A stretch of DNA of 63,955 nucleotides, counting the filler, from Vannella sp. (lineage: Eukaryota), in the NCBI GenBank assembly GCA_023345925.1. It is 7 parts of 7 records of this genome, joined end to end, with 100 filler letters (N's around TTAATTAATTAA, not from the genome) between each part and the next. Parts side by side here need not be neighbours in the genome. Positions count along the whole stretch, not along the records: positions 54,844 to 60,680 come from JAJQQN010000814.1; positions 60,781 to 63,955 come from JAJQQN010000465.1; 5 more parts are not named here. One strand, written 5' to 3'. The notes beneath the pieces are model-generated. The model did no database searches, was not told the origin of the DNA, and was given only the letters and a program-made list of their open reading frames with translations. Both the position numbers and the translations under genes were made by a program. The first letter of the stretch is position 1. Each line of letters opens with the position of its first letter. Shown here one piece after another: positions 59,156 through 63,955 of this stretch.

Positions 59156-59871
59156 CTACCTTTGATCTCGCTTCGCTTGCTGCGCCTTGATGCTGTTTGT
59201 TAAGTGCTCCTAAAGTACCAAATCATCACCTGATCAGAGCACGCGGGGAGGCAGGAGACACTCATACCCGAATGGCAGCGAGCGGATCAGCTTTGAAAAC
59301 GGGGTGCTCCAGCACGTTCTTGAACTGTTTGACTTCAGCTTGGCTAAGAGATGGGGTAAGAATCTCCAAGGAGGGTGTCAGAAAGGGGGTGGGACGACCC
59401 TACATGATAGCTTCCTTGTTCTTTGTCTTCTTTCCGCTCCGTAATCCGTTGTCTGACGCTTCTGGCTGCTCTCCTCCAGAAGGTAGAGACCCAAGGATGT
59501 CTTCAGTGAAAGAGACAAAGCCAGCAGGGATAGGCTTCTTCTTCCGAGGCTTGTCTACGCTGCGAGCTTCCGCGTTGAGGATTTCTTCAAGTCTCGTCAG
59601 TCTCCTCATGTGTGGGAGGCCTTACAGACTCACGATCATGCAAGTTCTTCTTTTTCTCTGTCTTTTTGAGGACGCGTGCCTCTCTCTTGGAAGGTACAGG
59701 CACAAGAGAGCTGTCCTCCTTCACGCTGGGTTTGCTGATCTCCTTCCCCGCTTTAGCAGCGCTTTCAAGCGCTGCCGGCCTCTTCACTACACTCTTGATT
59801 CGCCCTTTACCCTTAGACCCACCGCTAACGTCAATCATGTTCCCATCCAAGTGAGAGGTTCGGCCCACCAT
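59156..59871 (-). CDS. SLX9: Ribosome biogenesis protein Slx9/FAM207A-like (multi-exon)
   Basis: Basic low-complexity N-terminus; spliced C-terminus EVKQFKNVLEHPVFKADPLAAIR|EHLTNSI. Confidence 0.68.
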
Positions 59872-60380
59872 TCTCTGCCCTCACTAAAAGACTGTTTCCC
59901 TTCCACTCAGAACAATCGGGATCCTATACAGCAAAGCGAGCAACGTGTTGGTGAGCCACGAGAAAATTCACAAAGCCCGTTTTGGAAGGAGAGAATCCGT
60001 GAGCCTGGGCGACTGATCGCGTTGAGCATTGGACGCAGAAAGTTGAAACCCTTAGAACATATAAATATCCGATTCCACTCACTCAAACACACAAACTCAT
60101 CTTTCGTGTCTGGAGGCTGTTTAAACTGTGTAGCTTGTCAAACAGCGGATGTCGATGTCGCGGGAAAAACTGGCTGTCTGCCGTAAGGAAATCCACGAGG
60201 TGGTGATCACCGCAACCAGGACCTTGGAAAAAGGCCGTAAAAAATCGATGTTGATCCATTCTTGATCCCCTTAATCCTTCTTTCCCTCCCTCCATTTGGA
60301 CCAGAAGAGGGGAAATGCACTTCCTCTTCCCCTTTTGCTTCCCTCCTGAATTTCCCCCTCATTTCCCCCCATTCATTGGA

Positions 60381-60680
60381 ATGCCCTTTGGCGGCCACAC
60401 GCTCCTCCTCTCCCTCGAAGGGGCCCTTTTGGCTTTTGGATGGAACAGTGATGGTCAACTCGGTCTCGGTCACAAGAGCAACCAACTCACACCCGCAACG
60501 GTCCCCTGGAAGGGCCCGCAGCCGGTTCAGGTGGACTGGAGATGCTACCACTCCCTCGTCCTTGATGCGGAGGGCGGTGTGTGGCAGGCTGGCCTCTCTC
60601 GCTTCTCTGCTTCTCCTCTCACCTTCGAACGAGTCCCAAAAGTACCTCCCATGATCCTGGTGGCTGCTGGCAGGGATCAA
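60381..60680 (+). CDS. RCC1-repeat protein, N-terminal fragment (cut by the contig end)
   Basis: HTLLL..LLAFGWNSDGQLGLG, HSLVLDAEGGVW. Confidence 0.8.
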
Positions 60681-60780
60681 NNNNNNNNNNNNNNNNNNNN
60701 NNNNNNNNNNNNNNNNNNNNNNNNTTAATTAATTAANNNNNNNNNNNNNNNNNNNNNNNNNNNNNNNNNNNNNNNNNNNN
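60681..60780. other. Artificial contig linker
   Basis: N-run + TTAATTAATTAA + N-run. Confidence 0.98.
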
Positions 60781-62940
60781 GTACTGCAGATTGAGAGTGA
60801 GAGGATGAGGACAAAGGTGAGAGTCTCCTACCAAAGTGGTATTGGGATATCTTAAATTCCTGGGAAGATAGGAGCTGAGCTTCCAAGTTCAACTCAATCT
60901 TCCCAAGATCGATAAATTTCTCCTCATTATCACGCGAGTTGGGAGAAACGCAACGCACAATCAGTTGGAGATTGGAAGTTGAGTGATTCTGCAATTGCAC
61001 CAGCAAACACCCATTAATCGTCTCGTTTGGGCATACTATCACTCTTGTAGGACCTCTAGTGGATGCCTCGACTGGTAAATTGTGGTCGAGAGCCTGAACA
61101 AGGACTACAAAGTCCCGGAGAATTAACTCTTCCAAGGAATTGTGGCACAACTGGAAACCCACAATCCACTGATCAGACAAGGGTGCGCGAGACACCTCCT
61201 TGGAACAGAAATGAATGATGGTTTTTGGCGCTGAAGGTACTAGGGGGAGATCCAACGCCGGCCCAATCTGCATCAAACCAGTCTGGAAGAAAGAGGGCGA
61301 GTCCACTGAATGCCCTTGAAGCGTACTAATCACTTTCTCAAGGAGTTGTCGTTTGCACGAAATCTAAAGGAAGCTTTGATGTCAACATTCTGGCCAGAAA
61401 CTAGAAATCTCGAGACTTACTTCGTTGGCCATTCTGTCAGTCTCATCTGCTCCCATTAGAAGTCGCCCTTGGAGCACCGATAACATCAATGATGCTGCTT
61501 CTGACTGGGATTCGGATGCTGCATTCAAGCCTTCAGTGAACTCCACAGAAAGTAGCCGAGCGCGGAAATTAGAAGTTCCTTCGGCCTCCACAGCAACCAA
61601 TTGATCCCCCATGGTACACACAAAGTCACCAATGATAACTTAATGCGAATGAAGTTTCAAATCCAGTAGCTCCATCGACGGCAACCGAAGCAGACACCAA
61701 TGAGAGTGACTGTCCCCCTTGACCACCAGTAGACCATCTGGCGATCCCATCTGAGCATATCTTCGAGCTGGTAAGACACATCTGAATACACTGGAGTCAG
61801 TTAACCTACTGAATCCGCCGGGGAACGAAAGGAATCTTTGCAATGTGAGCAATGGAGGTTTTGGGATCCTCCCAAGTGCCAACCCGAAACGTCATTACCT
61901 GCTGAAAGGAGGTCCCCACAGCATGACTGGCGCTTTCTAGTGATGAAGTGGGATACAGACAAACGCAGGTAGTACATGCTGCTATGAAGGAAGGTAAAGA
62001 GCGCCACCTTTGGGGTGGGGACATGGTCAGCACGGACTGAATTGAGCGCGAAGAGAAAGACGTCCTCACTGAGAGCCAATGAGCTCCGCTGTTCAGTGAG
62101 TTCACAAGCCCACGGTAGTCAGAAGCCAAGGAAAACAGTTCGGCAGGTAGACTAGACAAGAGTGACGGTCCTAAGCGGGTCCCTCCCGCACAGGAAGCCA
62201 CCATGACAGACTCTACGACAATGTCTCCAGATACAGTGAACGTTGGGGTACAAGCAAAGAGGAAGGAGTGGGCCAAAGGGACCTCCAAAGTGACCGATCG
62301 CGAGATCGCCGACCCTGCAAGCGAGATGTGCATCAGATGGCAACCGGGTGAGTGGGAGGCGAACTCCCTACGTCCGTACAGGAGGTGGAGGTAAGGACCA
62401 TCTTGAAGATGGCATTTCCACCAAAGATCTCCTCGGTTGGGAGGGTCTTCACAGCGGATCTCTTCGGTCCCCAGCTTCACAAGATCACCCTCTGTTGCTT
62501 TGAGTGTGTTACTCTTCCATCGAAGGAAGGAAACGTTAAGTGTGCCCGCGCCTTTGTCCTCCAGAGAGTGCAACAAGACAAAGTACAGAGCGCAGCTGCT
62601 CAAAGAGTCAGCGATCGCTTGGCTAACAGAATGATGTGAACACCCACCACCCCATTCGATGATCGAATGCGTACTCGCAGTGGAGCAAAAGAGGGGGGAA
62701 GAGCCCTCTTGAAGGGCCCACAAGAGGCCCGATTGGCAGATTCAGGGCAGGAAACTCCTTTTCTCCCTCTTCAAGAGGCAGATGTTGTGAACGAAGGCTG
62801 ATAGATGATCCAGAGACATCAAGAGTCCAGCGATCGATAGAGTGGGGGCGACCATCTTCCTTCCTGAGGGAGAAGGTGGCCATGCACTCACAAGGACCAA
62901 TAAAAAATAGGAGGAGGTGCTCTTCACTATCCTACTCATT
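60781..62940 (-). CDS. Multi-exon hypothetical protein (weak FANCB-like architecture), 3'-truncated; start uncertain
   Basis: Chain of minus-strand ORFs separated by intron-sized gaps: beta-rich region, helical segment, beta-rich region. Confidence 0.45.
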
Positions 62941-63069
62941 GAGGGTACCACGAACGCTGGGGAGCAAGAGTAGTTTCCGGTATTTATTGATCCGCACCAG
63001 CATGACGGAACACTGGTGAGGAGAGTGACGAGGAGAATAGGAGACCATTCGAAAGAATAGCGAGTTACC

Positions 63070-63267
63070 TTAAGGTCTGTGTGCAACCTCCAGCTGGTGT
63101 GACTTCCAGCCTCCGAACTTGATGATGGAGTAAACGATCAAGACAGGAGTTCCCCAACGGATCCAAAAGCGAGTACGGGCGGGAGTAAACAACTTGGGCG
63201 ACTTCAAGTCGTTGAAGAGCTTTTGATGGGCGGGGGAGAGGCCGTAGGTGACGTGGTTGCGGACCAT
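63070..63267 (-). CDS. QCR8: Cytochrome bc1 complex subunit 8 (QCR8/UQCRQ)
   Basis: 65 aa, VTYGLSPAHQK, single TM, C-terminal ..AHRP. Confidence 0.7.
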   Translation of the reverse strand: MVRNHVTYGLSPAHQKLFNDLKSPKLFTPARTRFWIRWGTPVLIVYSIIKFGGWKSHQLEVAHRP

Positions 63268-63411
63268 GACAACGGGAGACGAAAAAATGATTTCCCTGGT
63301 CAACTCAATTATAATCATGCTAATGACGCTGAATGGGAAGGATTATCATTAGTCTTATGAAAAATAACCAGTTGGTGGTCGAATCAGACCATTTCTTCAT
63401 AGGCCCTTGTG

Positions 63412-63955
63412 ATGTCCTCTGTAGCTCCATCAGAGGACCCGAAGGAGGCCAAGAAAGAGAGTAAGCGCAGCTCACGCAAAGAGAAAGCGTCTTCCAAGTC
63501 AGGGCGATCGGAGAAACGAGCCAAGAAGGACCAGCTCGAGGATGGCCCGGAAAAGAAGGAGAAGAAGGAGAAGAAAAAGAAGGCCACAGAAGAGGGTGAC
63601 AAGAAAGAGAAGAAGAAGCCCAAAGAAGACAAGGACAAGGAGAAGGACAAGGACAAGGAGCGAAAGAAAAAAAAGAAGAAGGAAACTACTGAAGCAGAAG
63701 AACCAAAAAGCTTTGATCCTGTCGCTCAGGTCTCCAGCAGTGCACCTTCAGACCTTGCTTCTCCTATTGCTGAAGCACAACCCGCACCCGCTCCGTCCAC
63801 TCCCACTGCTGTTCCAGCTCCCCTGCAAGAGTCAACGGAGGCTCTGCAAACAGAGGATCCAATCGAGAACATTGCTTTGAAAGCAACCGAGTCTCCAGTG
63901 GAGCAGAGCGATGACTACGACCATGCCCCTTCTCGCAGCGTGCCCCAGAAACTCG
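63412..63955 (+). CDS. Lys/Glu-rich N-terminus of a protein running off the window end
   Basis: Frame open from MSSVAPSEDPKEAKKE through KEKKEKKKK and DKDKEKDKDKE to the window end. Confidence 0.65.
   Translation, partial: MSSVAPSEDPKEAKKESKRSSRKEKASSKSGRSEKRAKKDQLEDGPEKKEKKEKKKKATEEGDKKEKKKPKEDKDKEKDKDKERKKKKKKETTEAEEPKSFDPVAQVSSSAPSDLASPIAEAQPAPAPSTPTAVPAPLQESTEALQTEDPIENIALKATESPVEQSDDYDHAPSRSVPQKL

Noticed and set aside
59900..60110. Possible U3/C-D snoRNA (minus-strand CTGAGTGG end)
   Set aside because: No convincing box C, A or B motifs; an Infernal search would be needed.
59197..60186. 329-aa plus-strand ORF
   Set aside because: Shadow of the minus-strand spliced SLX9-like gene; no motifs.
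1..63955. CRISPR arrays, operons, prophage or defence systems
   Set aside because: No spaced direct-repeat arrays or prokaryotic gene content; spliceosomal introns occur throughout.

Overview
This is not prokaryotic DNA. It is a very compact, intron-rich eukaryotic (protist, plausibly amoebozoan) genome bin: 7 contigs joined by artificial 100-bp N/TTAATTAATTAA/N linkers at 13883, 23715, 32237, 47811, 54744 and 60681. About 38 genes are packed with gaps as short as 12-60 bp and many 45-65 nt introns, so the ORF track fragments most of them. Recognisable genes: CMC2, a half-size ABCA, FKBP15-like, a 2OG-Fe oxygenase, GDPD, an ASM/Ppn1-like phosphoesterase, AAMP/SQT1, DUF4476, an ANK-SH3 protein, 3 PPR proteins, 2 tandem GGA(I)-repeat receptor kinases, PLAC8, TBC, PRIM1, JmjC, PFDN5, a GRAB golgin, an EEVD-less Hsp70, MRJP/yellow, a P450, GPI, Rab32-like, ACL4, RlmN, SETD9, SLX9, QCR8 and 3 tRNAs. 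The strongest hidden signal is three textbook U12-type AT-AC introns (PRIM1, PFDN5, ACL4) within 64 kb. Also notable: an E2F-site palindrome before PRIM1, a 12-bp gap between tandem receptor kinases, and a probable dicistronic tRNA pair. All family calls come from motif recognition by eye, not database searches, and the exon structures were read manually.
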